A stretch of 64,000 bases of DNA from an uncultured Actinomycetes bacterium (GTDB taxonomy: Bacteria > Actinomycetota > Thermoleophilia > Gaiellales > Gaiellaceae): positions 12,463-76,462 of the forward strand of contig CAVYAJ010000040.1 in NCBI GenBank assembly GCA_963766155.1, written 5' to 3'. Position numbers and translations under genes: made by a program. The notes beneath the pieces were generated by a model. It searched no databases. It was not told where the DNA came from and saw only the letters and a program-made list of their open reading frames with translations. Positions 10,378 through 21,227 of the stretch are shown in pieces. Within the stretch, counting starts at the first letter, position 1, and every line of letters begins with the position of its first letter.

Positions 10378-11479
10378 GTGCGCGCCGCCGTCCTCAGAGG
10401 GATCGACGAAGCGATGAGCGTCGAGGACGTCGAGCTGGCGGCGCCCGGCCCCGGCGAGGTCGAGGTACGGCTCGCCGCGAGCGGCGTCTGCCACAGCGAC
10501 TGGAACGTCGTCACGGGGGCGACCGCGAACCCGTTCCCCACAGTGCTCGGCCATGAGGGTGCCGGCATCGTCGAATCGGTCGGCGACGGCGTCGACACGG
10601 TCTCCGAGGGAGACCACGTCATCCTCTCCTGGCTGCCCGCCTGCGGACGCTGCTACTACTGCTCGCGCGGCCGCCAGGTCCTCTGCGACGTGGCGATGGA
10701 GGACATGTTCCGCGGCACCTTGCCCGGCGGAGCCCTGCGGCTCTCCCAGAACGGCGACCCGCTCTACCACTACTCCTACCTCTCCGCGTTCGCGGAGCGC
10801 TGCATCGTCCCGGAGGGATGCTGCGTCCGGATCCGTGACGACGCGCCGCTCGAGGTCGCCGCGCTCGTCGGCTGCGCGGTGATGACGGGCTACGGGGCCG
10901 CGGTCGACCCGCGCCGGCGTGAAGGCCGGGAGCTCGATCGCGATCTTCGGAGCGGGCGGCGTCGGGGCTCTCCGCGATCATGGGCGCGCGGCTCGCGGGC
11001 GCCGCCGTGATCGTCGCCGTGGATCCCTTCGCCTTCAGGCGCGAGACCGCCCTGGAGCTCGGCGCGACACATGCGCTCGACCCCGGCTCCGACGACGCGC
11101 CGGCCGCGCTTCGCGACTTGACGGACGGGCGCGGCGCGGACGCGGCGATCGACTCGGCCGGCGTGCCCGGCGTGCTCGCGCAGGCCTATGCCGCGCGTGC
11201 GGCGCGGGGGCACCGGTCGTCGCCGTCGGCCTCCCGCCGGAAGGCCTCAGCGCGGAGCTGCCCGCCTCCGATCTCGCACGCGAGGAGAAGGTCGTCACCG
11301 GCAGCTTCTACGGCTCCTGCAGCCCGCAGCTCGACATGCCGAAGGTGCTCGACCTCTACATGGACGGGCTCCTCCCGCTCGACCGGCTCGTCAGCCGCGC
11401 GTACCCGCTGGAGGAGATCAACGAGGCCTTCGCCGCCATGAACGCCGGAGAGGTCGCGCGGGCGGTGATCCGCCCCTGA
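10378..11479 (+). CDS. Zn-dependent alcohol dehydrogenase, class III-like (second copy); frame breaks near 10905, 10975 and 11215
   Basis: GTG start. Contains ASGVCHSDWNV, GHEGAGIVESVG, CGRCYYCSRGRQVLC and IFGAGGVG. The C-terminus is YPLEEINEAFAAMNAGEVARAVIRP. Confidence 0.8.
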
Positions 11480-11979
11480 GCCGGATCCTCATCGGCGAGG
11501 GCTTCGCCGGCAGCGGGCCGAACGCAGCCCACACCAACACGGTGCTCGGGTCGCGCGACGGCCCGGTCGGGACGGCCTGGGCGACCGCGCTCGCGACCCC
11601 GCGTGCCGGCCACGCATCGTTCGTCGTGGTCGCGCGCCCGAACATGCCCGTGAAGCCGCCGACGCTCTTCGTGAACAAGGCGGAGATCCGCGAGGAGACG
11701 CACGGGCTCCTCCACTGGGGAGCCGCCCAGGCGGCCGTGGCGCAAGGCGTCCTGGATGCGGTGGCCGACGGCACGATCCCGCAGGGAGAGGTGGACGACC
11801 TCGCGCTGATCGCGGCGGTCTGGGTCGACTGGGCGGCGAACGACGAGGAGAGGATCTTCGCCAACAATCTCGAGGCGACCCGAGCGGCGCTCGCGTCCGC
11901 CGCGGAAGGCCGGCCGCGGCTCGAGGAGCTCCTCGCGATCCGCGGCGAGCCGCAGAACCCCTTCTTCCGCCGCGCGTGA
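11476..11979 (+). CDS. Formaldehyde-activating enzyme (Fae) family protein; start codon uncertain
   Basis: ILIGEGFAGSGPNAAHTNTVLGSRDGPVG...PNMPVKPPTLFVNKAEI...GAAQAAVAQGVLDAVADGTIPQGEVDDL...WVDWAANDEE...NLEATRAAL matches, from memory, the Fae pattern [24 protein letters not shown]...PNLPCKPNTLMFNK...GPAQ..VA..V.DAVAEGIIP...DDL. The only in-frame start candidate near the N-terminus is CTG 11476, overlapping the ADH stop. Confidence 0.75.
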   Translation: MSRILIGEGFAGSGPNAAHTNTVLGSRDGPVGTAWATALATPRAGHASFVVVARPNMPVKPPTLFVNKAEIREETHGLLHWGAAQAAVAQGVLDAVADGTIPQGEVDDLALIAAVWVDWAANDEERIFANNLEATRAALASAAEGRPRLEELLAIRGEPQNPFFRRA

Positions 11980-13068
11980 AGATCGAGCGCGTTCGCCTCG
12001 AGCGCCGCTCGATCGAGCTCGACCCCTCCCTTCAACGCGGCCTGGGACCCGGAGCCGCGACGGTCATTCGAAGCCACCCTCGTCCTCGTCGAGACGGACG
12101 AGGGCCTCACCGGCATCGGGTCGGGCGACACGATGGACGGCTTCGAGCGCTACGAGCACCTCTTCGTCGGCCAGGACCCGCTCGCCGTCGAGCGCCACGT
12201 CGCCGTCCTCGAGACGATCACGTTCCATGCCGGCCGCTACTGGCCCCTGGAGGCGGCGCTCTGGGATCTCGCCGGAAAGGCCGCGGGCAAGCCCACCGCC
12301 GAGCTCCTGGGCGGACAGCTCGACCGCGTCGCGGCCTATGCCTCGACCGGGGAGCAGCGGTCGCCGGCCGAGCGCGCCGAGTCCGCGCTGCGCCTGCGGG
12401 AGGAGGGCTTCAAGGCGCTGAAGCTTCGGATCGACCGGGCGAGGCTCGGCGAGGGCCTCGCCGCTGTCGAGGCGGTTCGCGTGGCAGTGGGCGGCTCCAT
12501 GGAGATCATGGTCGACCTGAACCAGGGCTGGCGGATGCCGGGCGACATCGGGCCCGCACTCGACGTTGCGACGGTCGCCTCGACAGCTGCGCGACTGCGC
12601 GACCTGGACGTCTTCTGGCTCGAGGAGCCGCTCCCGCGCGACGACGTGAAGGGTTACGCCTCGCTCCGGCAGGACAGCGGTCTTCGAATCGCCGGCGGCG
12701 AGATGGCGCGAACGACGAGGGAGCTCGAGGCATTCGAGGCGGCGGATGCCCTCGACGTCTACCAGCCCGACGCCGTGCTCTCGGTGGGCCTCTTGCGCGA
12801 GCGAGAGCTTGCCGAGCGCGTGACGGCACGCGGGCACTTCTTCACACCGCACACGTGGACGAACGGCATCGGCCTCCTCGCCAACCTCCACCTCACGGCC
12901 GGTGTCGGCGGCGGCCCCTACTTCGAGTTTCCGTACGACCCACCCGGCTGGACGCCCGAGCGGCGCGACTTCATGCTTGCGGAGCCCGTCCGCGTCGATG
13001 CGGAAGGGTTCGTCCCAGTCCCCGACCGCCCCGGATTGGGGTTCGAGCTCGCCGATGACCTCCTTTGA
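11976..13068 (+). CDS. Enolase-superfamily enzyme (mandelate racemase / muconate lactonizing enzyme family); frame break near 12025
   Basis: GTGA start/stop overlap with the Fae-family gene. Metal-ligand contexts IMVDLNQGW, FWLEEPL and LDVYQPD. Contains KALKLRIDR. Substrate not assignable. Confidence 0.8.
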
Positions 13069-13878
13069 CGTCCACCAACACCTGTGGCCCGAGCAGCTCG
13101 TCGCAGCGCTTCGCAGGCGGAGCCGCCCGCCGCGCATCGACGGCGACGACCTCGTCCTCGGCGAGGGAACGTTCCCGGCCGGGCTCGAGTCGCACACGCT
13201 GGAGGCACGCGTGGGCCTCCTCGACGAGGTCGGCATCGACACGGCGGTCGTCTCGCTTCAGCCGACACTGGCGTGCGACGGGATTCCCGAGCTCGTGGAC
13301 GCCTATCACGACGGGCATTCAAGAGCTCGTCGCAGCCGCCGACGGCCGACTGCAAGCGTTCGCGGTCGCGCAGTGCCGGGACGGCTTCGCCGGCGCCTGC
13401 GTGCCCGCACCCGCGGTCGTCGCCGGGATCGGCGAGCTGGCCGACGAGCTCGTCGCCGCAGGGCAGACGCTCTTCGTCCACCCCGGCCCGGTGCCGCCGC
13501 CACCCCCGGACGCGCCCGCCTGGTGGTCGGCGCTCGTCGACTATCCCGCGCAGATGCAGGCCGCCTACGCGGCATGGCTGACTCACGGCAGCCCCGAGCT
13601 CCCGGTCGATCTTCGCGTTCCTGGCGGGAGGCGCCCCGTTTCAGCTCGAACGGCTCCGCGCACGCGGCGGCGAGGTTCCGGAGATGGCGGTCTACTTCGA
13701 CACGGCCAGCTACGGGCCCCTTGCGCTCCGGCTCACGGGCGAGGCCTGCGGCTCGGGCTGCCTCGTCTTCGGGAGCGACGCCCCCGTGATGGACGCGCAG
13801 GCGGCGGTCGCGGCCGTCGAAGCGGCCGGGGTCGCCGAGGCGGCGCTCCGCACGAACGCGGGCCAGCTCTTCGCGTGA
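13055..13878 (+). CDS. Amidohydrolase_2-type metal-dependent hydrolase/decarboxylase family protein; frame breaks near 13315 and 13620
   Basis: MTSFDVHQHLWP carries the HxH metal motif. Contains TLFVHPGP and LVFGSDAPVMD. 14-nt overlap with the upstream gene and GTGA overlap with the downstream gene. Confidence 0.7.
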
Positions 13879-14774
13879 CGCCGACTCCGCTCGAGGAGGC
13901 CGCGCTCGCGGGTAGGCGGCTGCTTCTCAAGCGGGAGGACGTGCACCCGCTGGGCGCGTTCAAGTGGCGCGGCGCGCTCCCAGTGCTCGAGCGCTACGCG
14001 GCCGACGGGGCCCGCGCCGTCGTGACCGCCTCGACCGGGAACCACGGGGCGGCGACGGCATGGGCCGCGAGTCGCGTCGGCCTCGACGCGATCGTGTACG
14101 CACCGGCAACAGCCAGCTCGGCGAAGCTCGCTCTTATGGAAGATGGCGGAGCCGAGATCCGGCAGATGGGAGCCGACCTCGACGAGGCCAAGGCGGAGGC
14201 GCGCGCTCACGCGTCACAGCACGGCCTCCCGTTCTTCGAGGATGGCGCGGAGCCGGCTCAGTACGAGGGGTACGGCGCGATCGCGGACGAGATCCTCGCG
14301 CAGGCGCCGGACCCGCCTGCGGCGATCCTCGTTCCGCTCGGGAACGGCGCACTCCTGGGCGGGATCGGGCTCGCGGCCTCGCGCGCGGCGCCGACTGTGG
14401 AGCGAATCGGTGTGGCCGCGAAGGAGGCGCCGGTGATGGTCGATTCCTGGAACGCCGGCGGGCCGGTTCCGAGCGAACGATCGGCGACCTTCGCCGACGG
14501 CCTGGCGGTGCGGGTCGCCATTCCCCTCGCCGTCGAGGTGCTCGGCGAGGTCGCCACGCGGATGGTCCTCGTCTCGGAGAGGCGCATCGCGGGGGCAGTC
14601 GGCGAGTACGCGGCGGCGGGCATCCGCGCCGAGGGCGCCGCTGCGGCAGCGCTCGCCGCTGTGTCCGACCTGGACGACCTCGGCGACCCGCTCGTCCTCA
14701 TCGTCACCGGACGGAACATCGACGACGAGCTCTTCAGGCAGGCCTGCGAGCAACCCGACTCCTTCCCGGACTGA
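13875..14774 (+). CDS. PLP-dependent (fold type II) threonine/serine dehydratase-like enzyme
   Basis: Intact from GTG 13875. KREDVHPLGAFKWRGAL carries the PLP lysine. Also TASTGNHG and the Gly-rich loop PLGNGALLGGIG. Confidence 0.8.
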   Translation: MTPTPLEEAALAGRRLLLKREDVHPLGAFKWRGALPVLERYAADGARAVVTASTGNHGAATAWAASRVGLDAIVYAPATASSAKLALMEDGGAEIRQMGADLDEAKAEARAHASQHGLPFFEDGAEPAQYEGYGAIADEILAQAPDPPAAILVPLGNGALLGGIGLAASRAAPTVERIGVAAKEAPVMVDSWNAGGPVPSERSATFADGLAVRVAIPLAVEVLGEVATRMVLVSERRIAGAVGEYAAAGIRAEGAAAAALAAVSDLDDLGDPLVLIVTGRNIDDELFRQACEQPDSFPD

Positions 14775-15625
14775 ACGAGCGGTAGACGCCGTCCCGCTGT
14801 GCGGCCAGACCGCCGAGCTCCAGCTCGACGAGCGCGCCAGCGACCTCCGCGCTCGAGAGGCCCGAAGCCCTGGTGAGCTCGTCCACCCCGGCGGCTCCGT
14901 CGCCCAGGATCGAGAGGATGGCGAGCGCAGCCTCCGACACCGACGCGGCGCCGGCAGCCGGCTCGGGCTCGATGCCGATCGCCTCGAGCACGTCTCGCAC
15001 GCCCGTCAGTGGAGCGGCGCCCTGGCGCAGCAGGTCGTTCGTCCCCGCCGAGAGACCGCTCGTGATCTCCCCCGGGACGGCGAACACGTCACGGCCGAGC
15101 TCGAGCGCGAAATCGGCCGTGATGAGCGCGCCGGACCGCTCGCGCGCCTCGACGACCACCGTCGCCAGCGAGAGGCCGGAGATGATCCGGTTCCGGGCTG
15201 GAAATCGCCAGGGTGCGGGCTCGACACCGGGCGGATACTCGGAGACGACTGCGCCCGACGCGACGATCCGGCGGGCCAGCTCCGCATGGCTGCGCGGATA
15301 GTCCCGGTCGATCCCGCATCCGAGCACGGCGACCGTCTGTCCGCCGCCCTCCAGAGCGCCTCGGTGAGCCTCGCCGTCGACGCCTCGCGCGAGCCCGCTC
15401 ACGACGACGACCCCCACCGACGCCAGCTGGCGGGCGAGCGACCGCGCCACCTGCGCGCCGTAGCGCAGAGCACGAGCGAGCGCCGACGACGGCAACCCCG
15501 GGCGCCAACAACGCGTCGGCCTCGCCGCGAACGAAGAGGGTCGCCGGCGGGTCGTGCAGCTCCGCGAGCAGTGGTGGATAACCGGGCTTGCGCCTGGCAA
15601 TCGTCCGAACCGAGCTCACGTCCAC
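14734..15625 (-). CDS. dprA: DNA processing protein DprA; frame break near 15490
   Basis: Contains YPPLLAELHDPPATLFVRG, SGLARGVDGEAHRGALEGGGQTVAVLGCGIDRDYP, RNRIISGL and ERSGALITA. C-terminal winged-helix-like LSSAEVAGALVELEL. Confidence 0.85.
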
Positions 15626-17073
15626 GAGCCGAGCTCCGTCGGAGAGCGGTAGGAGAGCGCCTCGGCCACGTGCTCCGCGTCGACGCCTTCCCTGACCGGC
15701 CAGCGCCGCGATCGTCGCCGCAACACGAGCGACACGTGCGCGGCCACGGCCCGAGAGCGGCAGGGAGTCCACCGCCCGGGCGAGCAGCTCGGGACCCGGC
15801 TTCGACAGGCTCGGGGGATCGCGGAGCCTCGCGGCAGCACGTTCCACGCGCTCACGCACGGCCGCGGAAGCCTCACCTGGAGATCCCCCGAGCTCAGTTG
15901 CCCGCGCCCGCGGAACCTGGACGACGAGGTCGAAACGGTCGATAAGCGCCCGCGAGAGCTTGTCCCGATACGCGGCGAGACGCTGGGGCGAGCAGGAGCA
16001 TTCGGCGGCCGGATCGCCCCGCCCACCGCAGGGACAGAGGTTCATCGTGCCGACGAGGACGAACCGAGCCGGAAAGACCGCGTGTCCTTGTACGCGGGCG
16101 ATTGCGATCGTTCCGTCCTCGAGCGGCTGCCTCAGGGCCTCGAGGGCCGGGCGGTAGAACTCCGCGAGCTCGTCCAGGAAGAGGACGCCCCGATGCGCGA
16201 GCGTCGCTTCGCCGGGACGCGGACCGGCGCCTCCGCCGACGATCGCAGCCGTCGACGCCGTGTGGTGGGGGGCGCGGAACGGAGGCCGGTCGACGAGCGG
16301 CCTTCCAGCGGGCAACAAGCCGGCGACCGAGTGAATGCGGGTCACCTCGAGCGCCTGCTCGATCGTAAGTTGCGGGAGGATGCCCGGAAGCCGGCGAGCG
16401 AGCATCGTCTTCCCTGTCCCGGGCGGGCCCGCAAGCAGAAGGTTGTGCCGGCCCGCCGCCGCCAGCTCGAGCGCCCGTCGGGCGCGCTCCTGGCCCCGGA
16501 CGTCGGCGAGGTCGGGACCCCCATCTCCGTTGCCCCGTTCCGGCGGGACGACGGCGCGGGGCTCGAAGGTGCCGCGCAGGTAGGCGCCCGCCTGGGCGAG
16601 GTGCTCGACCGGGATCGGCTCGATTCCCGCAAGAGCAGCCTCCGGCGCGGACTCGGGAGGGCAGATGAGCCGGGCGAGGCCGGCCCGCCGCGCCGCCTCG
16701 GCGGCGACGAGCGCGCCGGGCACGGGACGAACCCGGCCGTCCAGCGCGAGCTCCCCAGCGCGGCGTGCTGAGCGAGTCGCTCGGCGGGAATCTGGTGCGA
16801 TGCGGCAAGCACCGCAAGGGCGATCGGAAGGTCGAAGCCCGACCCTTCCTTCCTCAGCCCCGCGGGCGCGAGGTTGACGGTGAGGCGCCGGAGCGGCCAC
16901 TCGAGCTCGGCGCTCGTGATCCCGCTTCGAACCCTCTCCTTCGCTTCCTGGCAGGCCTTGTCCGGGAGGCCGACGATCGAGAACGCGGGGACGCCGCGCT
17001 GGAGGTGCGCCTCGACCTCGACGGGCCGGGCTTCGAGCCCGACGAGAGCATGGGTGGTGGCGCGCGCAAGCAC
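15616..17073 (-). CDS. comM: Mg-chelatase-like AAA+ protein ComM/YifB; frame breaks near 15700 and 16765
   Basis: N-terminal MLARATTHALVGLEARPVEVEAHL. Walker A LLAGPPGTGKTMLARRL, Walker B VLFLDELAEF, MNLCPCG. The C-terminus is DAEHVAEALSYRS. Confidence 0.85.
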
Positions 17074-17196
17074 ACCTCGAAGCTACGCGTCGAAAACGCG
17101 CGAACCCCGCGCCGGATGGGCCGAAACCAGCACGAACCGGTGACAAATGCCACCTCGAGGAGTATTTTCGAGTGTCCCTTCTTGGAAGGAGAGGTC

Positions 17197-18131
17197 ATGC
17201 GCAGGGGCTCTTTTCATCGCCGCCGTCGTCGCGGCACTCGGTTGCCGCAACCGCCGCCTACGCGCTCCTGAGCCAGCAAGAGGTGAAGACCACGGGGCTC
17301 TACGAGCAGGTCCCGGCCGCCGAGTCCGACGGGGCGACCGAGTACTTCGCCTGGAGCCAGAACTCGCGCGCGCACCGCAACCATTTCGACGCCTTCCTCA
17401 CGCGCACGGGCGATCCGCGGGTCAAGCTCAACGCGACGGGGTTGGGGTTCATCGGCGGCATCGACCCACCACTGGGTCGTCTACCAGCAGGTCAGGCAAC
17501 GGCCAGTCCGAACCTGAAGCTCTACAACGCGGACACGAAGACACGCATCGGATCCGTCGGCCGGCGTGAACACCGCCCAGACTGGGAATGGGAGCCGAGC
17601 ATCTCCGGCGACTGGCTCTTCTTCGGCACGCCAGAACACGGCCACGAACACGCAGTTCGTCATCCTCCACAACCTGACGATGCGCGAACGACGGTTTCAT
17701 CCTGGATCAGGACGGCCGCGCTTCCGGCACGCGGGCCAGGTGAACGGCGACTTGGCCGGCGTGGACTCGCTGCACGAAGCCGACCTGCGACGTCGTGCGG
17801 AGAGAGATCTCGACCGTCACCGACACCGTCCTGCAGAAGCCGTCGACGAAGTATCAGTACGGCGGCGCGAGTCACGAAGGCGGGAATCGTCTACGTGGCG
17901 CGGAGCGGGGCGAAATGCGGCGCTGACGTGAAGGTCGTGCGCTATTTCGGCGTGGGCGATCCTGCCGGCGGCACGATCGTCGCGGATCTCGGCCCGAACG
18001 GACGCGACTTCTGGAGTGCCTATGCGCGGGACAACGACGACGGCAGCGTCGACGTCTTCTACGACCGCTATCTCTGCGGCAAGACCACGTCTGACATCTA
18101 CAGCATCCACGACCCGAATCCGGGGCCCTAG
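17197..18131 (+). CDS. Hypothetical membrane-anchored/secreted protein, frame disrupted at least 5 times
   Basis: GGAAGGAGAGG Shine-Dalgarno then ATG 17197. Hydrophobic N-terminus MRRGSF/IAAVVAALG/VAATAAYALL is spread over three frames. The intact C-terminal 85 aa are AGIVYVARSGAKCGADVKVVRYFGVGDPAGG...SDIYSIHDPNPGP. No family recognised. Confidence 0.45.
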
Positions 18132-18475
18132 AGCGGTACGCGCACGATCCGCTTCCCGCGACGCCGACGACTTCGAACGCGACCTCAAGCTCGAGGAACT
18201 CGGGGTTCCGCGCGAGCCAGATCTCGGCTGCCCGACGGAGCGCGCCGCTCCTTCTCCGGGCCGACCGCCTCGCGCGGGTCGCCGTAGCCGTCGCCGCTTC
18301 GCGCCTTGACCTCGCAGAAGACAAGTCTCCGCCCGCGGCGCAGGACGATGTCGAGTTCGTTGCGCCCCGCGCGCGCATTCGCCGCCAGGACGCGATAGCC
18401 GCGCAGGCGGTAGTAGAGGCGGACGCGCCGTTCGGCTCTAGGCCCGAGCGCCCGCGCCGACGGTCTGCTCGGCAT
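18129..18475 (-). CDS. yraN: YraN family (UPF0102) endonuclease-like protein; frame breaks near 18250 and possibly 18160
   Basis: Contains LGPRAERRVRLYYRLRGYRVLAANARAGRNELDIVLRRGRRLVFCEVKARSG, then ALRRAAEIWLARNPEF...VAFEVVGVAG in a second frame. The position between rnhB and comM is conserved in Actinobacteria. Confidence 0.7.
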
Positions 18476-19093
18476 AGCAGCGGGCTTCAAAGGAGAGGCG
18501 ATGGATGTCGCTCGGGCCGCGCTCGCGGACGACTGCCGAGTGCCGGGCGTGATGTAGCCGACGTGGGACGCGAACCCGTAGGCGGGATAGAGGGCGTCCA
18601 GCCGGTGCATGGCGCGGTCGCGGACGACCTTGGCGACGATCGAGGCGGCCGCGATCGCGGCGCTCCGCGTGTCGCCGTCCACGACGGCCCTGTGCTCGGG
18701 GGCGAGCGGGCCGAGCCTGAATCCGTCCACCAGGCACACCTCCGCGGGCGGCGAGAGGTCGGCCAGCGTCTCGCGGAGGCCGCGGAGGTTCGACCGGTGC
18801 AGCCCGTCGGAGTCGATCACGGCCGGCGGGATGATGCGGACGGCGATGCGCGTCGCGCAGCCCGTGACCGCATGGAAGAGCCGGGCGCGCTCGTCCGGGG
18901 TGAGCTGCTTCGAGTCGTTCAGGATCGCGAGCGGCCGCACCTTGTGGTCGCGCAGGACGTCGTAGTCGAAGAGGACAGCCGCTGTCACGAGCGGCCCAGC
19001 GAGGCTTCCGCGGCCGGCCTCGTCGGCTCCGGCGACGAAGCGCGCACCGAGTCGGCGATCGAAATTGAGGAGCTTCCGGCCCGTCTTGCGCAC
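18438..19093 (-). CDS. rnhB: Ribonuclease HII; frame break near 18545
   Basis: Contains FVAGADEAGRGSLAGPLVTAAV, NDSKQLTPDER and DGDTRSAAIAAASIVAKVVRD. The C-terminus GYITPGHSAVVRERGPSDIHRLSF lies in the 18438..18737 frame. Confidence 0.85.
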
Positions 19094-19110
19094 GGGCCCG
19101 AGGATAACGC

Positions 19111-19461
19111 TTAGGACCGCTGCTTCTCGCGGACGCGCGCCTTCTTCCCCACTTTGGAGCGAAGGTAGTAGAGCTTCGCGCGATTCACGTCGCCGATCGC
19201 CATGACCTCGATCTTCTCGATCTTCGGCGAGTGCACGGGGAACGTCCGCTCGACACCGACTCCGAAGGAGTTCTTGCGCACGGTGAAGGTCTCGCGGACC
19301 CCTGGGCCCTGGCGCTTGATGACGATTCCCTCGAAGACCTGCACGCGGCGCCGCTGGCCCTCGATCACCTGGAAGTGCACGCGCACCGTGTCTCCCGCCT
19401 TGAACTGCGGGATGCCGTCGCGCAGCTGCTTGCGCTCGAGGATGTCGATGGGCGTGCTCAT
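19111..19461 (-). CDS. rplS: 50S ribosomal protein L19
   Basis: Intact. [52 protein letters not shown]. Confidence 0.95.
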   Translation of the reverse strand: MSTPIDILERKQLRDGIPQFKAGDTVRVHFQVIEGQRRRVQVFEGIVIKRQGPGVRETFTVRKNSFGVGVERTFPVHSPKIEKIEVMAIGDVNRAKLYYLRSKVGKKARVREKQRS

Positions 19462-19495
19462 AGGAAAAGGCGGCCGCGCGGGCCGACGCACCATG

Positions 19496-20131
19496 CTAGC
19501 GAAATGAAATTCGCTGCGGCGGCCAGTAGACCGAGAAAACGGGCCCGATGAGGTCGTCCCGGGGAACGGAGCCCCACTCCCGGCTGTCGCACGACTGCGA
19601 GCGGTTGTCGCCCATCATGAAGTAGCTCCCCTCCGGAACCTCCCAGCTGTCGGTCCGCTTGTCGCGCTCGCTCGCAGGCACGTAAGGCTCGTCCAGCTTC
19701 TCTCCGTTGATGAGCACGGTGCCGCCCCGTTCCTCGACGGTGTCGCCCGGGAGCCCGATGATCCGCTTCACGAAGGTGCCGCCCGCGCCGCAGGCCTCGA
19801 GAGCCTTCGCGGGCGTGTTGAAGACGACGATGTCGCCGCGCTGCGGGTCACGGAAGTGGTAGATGAAGCGGTTGGCAAGGACGCGGTCGGAGTAGCTCGC
19901 GAGACAGCCTGGCTGCGGCTTGGCGCAGTGCAGCGTCGGCTCCATCGACGATGACGGGATCCGGTACGGGTTCACGATCCACGCCTTGATCGCGAGCACC
20001 GCGCCGACGGCGACGACGATGGTCACGACCCAGTCGATCACCGTGGGCCACGGCGCCGGCAGGCCGGTCGTGAGGCGGTCGATCGGCCCTCTCACGACAG
20101 CGTTCGCTCTCGGCTTTGTTCCCTGCGCCAC
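19496..20131 (-). CDS. lepB: Signal peptidase I
   Basis: Intact. TM segment, catalytic Ser box [16 protein letters not shown], Lys box [21 protein letters not shown]. The annotated ATG overlaps the trmD end by 40 nt, so the true start may be slightly downstream. Confidence 0.9.
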   Translation of the reverse strand: MAQGTKPRANAVVRGPIDRLTTGLPAPWPTVIDWVVTIVVAVGAVLAIKAWIVNPYRIPSSSMEPTLHCAKPQPGCLASYSDRVLANRFIYHFRDPQRGDIVVFNTPAKALEACGAGGTFVKRIIGLPGDTVEERGGTVLINGEKLDEPYVPASERDKRTDSWEVPEGSYFMMGDNRSQSCDSREWGSVPRDDLIGPVFSVYWPPQRISFR

Positions 20132-20748
20132 GTCGCGATGCGCGCGTGGTCTCCGGACAGAAGGATGTCCGGCACCGGCCAGCCGTTGAACTCGGGCGGC
20201 CGCGTGTACTGCGGGAACTCGACCCCGCCCTCGAGCTCGGCGGAGAACGTCTCGACCGCGCCGCTCTCCTCACGGATCGCGCCGGGTAGCCGGCGCGCGA
20301 CCGCGTCCACGAGCACCATCGCGGGAAGCTCGCCGCCGGACAGGACGTAGGGGCCGATGGAGATCGAGTCGGTGGCGATGTGCTCGACGATGCGCTCGTC
20401 GAAGCCCTCGAAGCGGGCGGAGAGAAGGGTCAGCTCCTCCTCGCCGGCGAGCTCCTCCACGAGCTCCTGGTCGAGCTGCCGACCCTGCGGCGTGAGGGCG
20501 ACGATCCGCCGGCCACCGGGCTCACCGTAGACGGCCGCGAGCGCAGCGTGCACGACGTCGACGCGGAGCACCATGCCCGCGCCGCCCCCGTAGGGCTCGT
20601 CGTCCACCTGGCCGCCGCCGAGCGGCGTGAAGTCGCGGTAGTTCCAGAGGCGGAGGTCGAGCTCGTTTCCGAGCACGGTCGCGACGGGCCGCTGCTCCGT
20701 CATCCAGGCGAAGGCATGCGGGAGCGGTGTGAAGACGTCGATCTGCAC
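20092..20748 (-). CDS. trmD: tRNA (guanine37-N1)-methyltransferase
   Basis: Intact. Contains [22 protein letters not shown] and [27 protein letters not shown]. Confidence 0.95.
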   Translation of the reverse strand: MQIDVFTPLPHAFAWMTEQRPVATVLGNELDLRLWNYRDFTPLGGGQVDDEPYGGGAGMVLRVDVVHAALAAVYGEPGGRRIVALTPQGRQLDQELVEELAGEEELTLLSARFEGFDERIVEHIATDSISIGPYVLSGGELPAMVLVDAVARRLPGAIREESGAVETFSAELEGGVEFPQYTRPPEFNGWPVPDILLSGDHARIATWRREQSRERTLS

Positions 20749-20757
20749 GAGGGAAAG

Positions 20758-21222
20758 TTAGTCGGGCTCGGCGAAACCACGCGCCACCAGGATGCGGCGG
20801 CGTTCGAGGTCGACCTCGAGGACACACTGCGAGACGAGCGGCAGCGCGTGGCCCGTGTCGAGCTCGAGGACGTCGTTCGCCACCCCGGGGGCCACGTCCT
20901 GCACGACGCCGAGCCGGCGGCCGCCCTCCTCCTCCACCTCGACGCCGACGAGCTCGAAGACGTAGTAGCCGCCTTCCTCGGCGGGCGGAAGCTCGTCCCG
21001 CGGAACGGCGAGGACGGTGCCGCGCTCGACCGGACGGTCGAGGCGGACGATCACCCGGCCGCCGGCCCGCTTCGACGCGACGACGGCTACAGCCTCCTCC
21101 CCCGCCAGCAGGCGAGCGCCCACGGCGAAACGCGCAGGGTCGTCGCTCGCGTCCTCGACGACGAAGGAGCCGTCGAGGCCGTGCGGGCGGCCGACACGGC
21201 CGACCGGAACGAGATCGGCCAC
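20758..21222 (-). CDS. rimM: 16S rRNA processing protein RimM
   Basis: Intact, GTG start. Contains VGRVGRPHGLDGSF and GYYVFELVGVEV. Conserved rpsP-KH-rimM-trmD order. Confidence 0.9.
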   Translation of the reverse strand: MADLVPVGRVGRPHGLDGSFVVEDASDDPARFAVGARLLAGEEAVAVVASKRAGGRVIVRLDRPVERGTVLAVPRDELPPAEEGGYYVFELVGVEVEEEGGRRLGVVQDVAPGVANDVLELDTGHALPLVSQCVLEVDLERRRILVARGFAEPD

Positions 21223-21227
21223 GGCGT

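Noticed and set aside
7046-10622. Long ORFs 7046..9664 (+, 872 aa) and 8553..10622 (-, 689 aa)
   Set aside because: They are chimeras. Only short stretches (the permease tail and ATPase N-terminus; the first 50 codons of the ADH) carry real homology. The rest is Arg/Pro/Ala-rich out-of-frame or antisense translation created by frame breaks.
14734-14774. Convergent coding overlaps of 22-41 nt (ATPase/ADH 9245-9266, PLP enzyme/dprA 14734-14774, RDD/rluB 61742-61765)
   Set aside because: They are likely ordinary for compact high-GC genomes, or caused by stop codons displaced by indels. No conserved structure was seen in the overlaps.
18129-18131. Shared CTAG stop between convergent genes (also at 49407-49410)
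   Set aside because: This is a trivial consequence of the palindromic CTAG giving TAG on both strands, with no regulatory implication evident.
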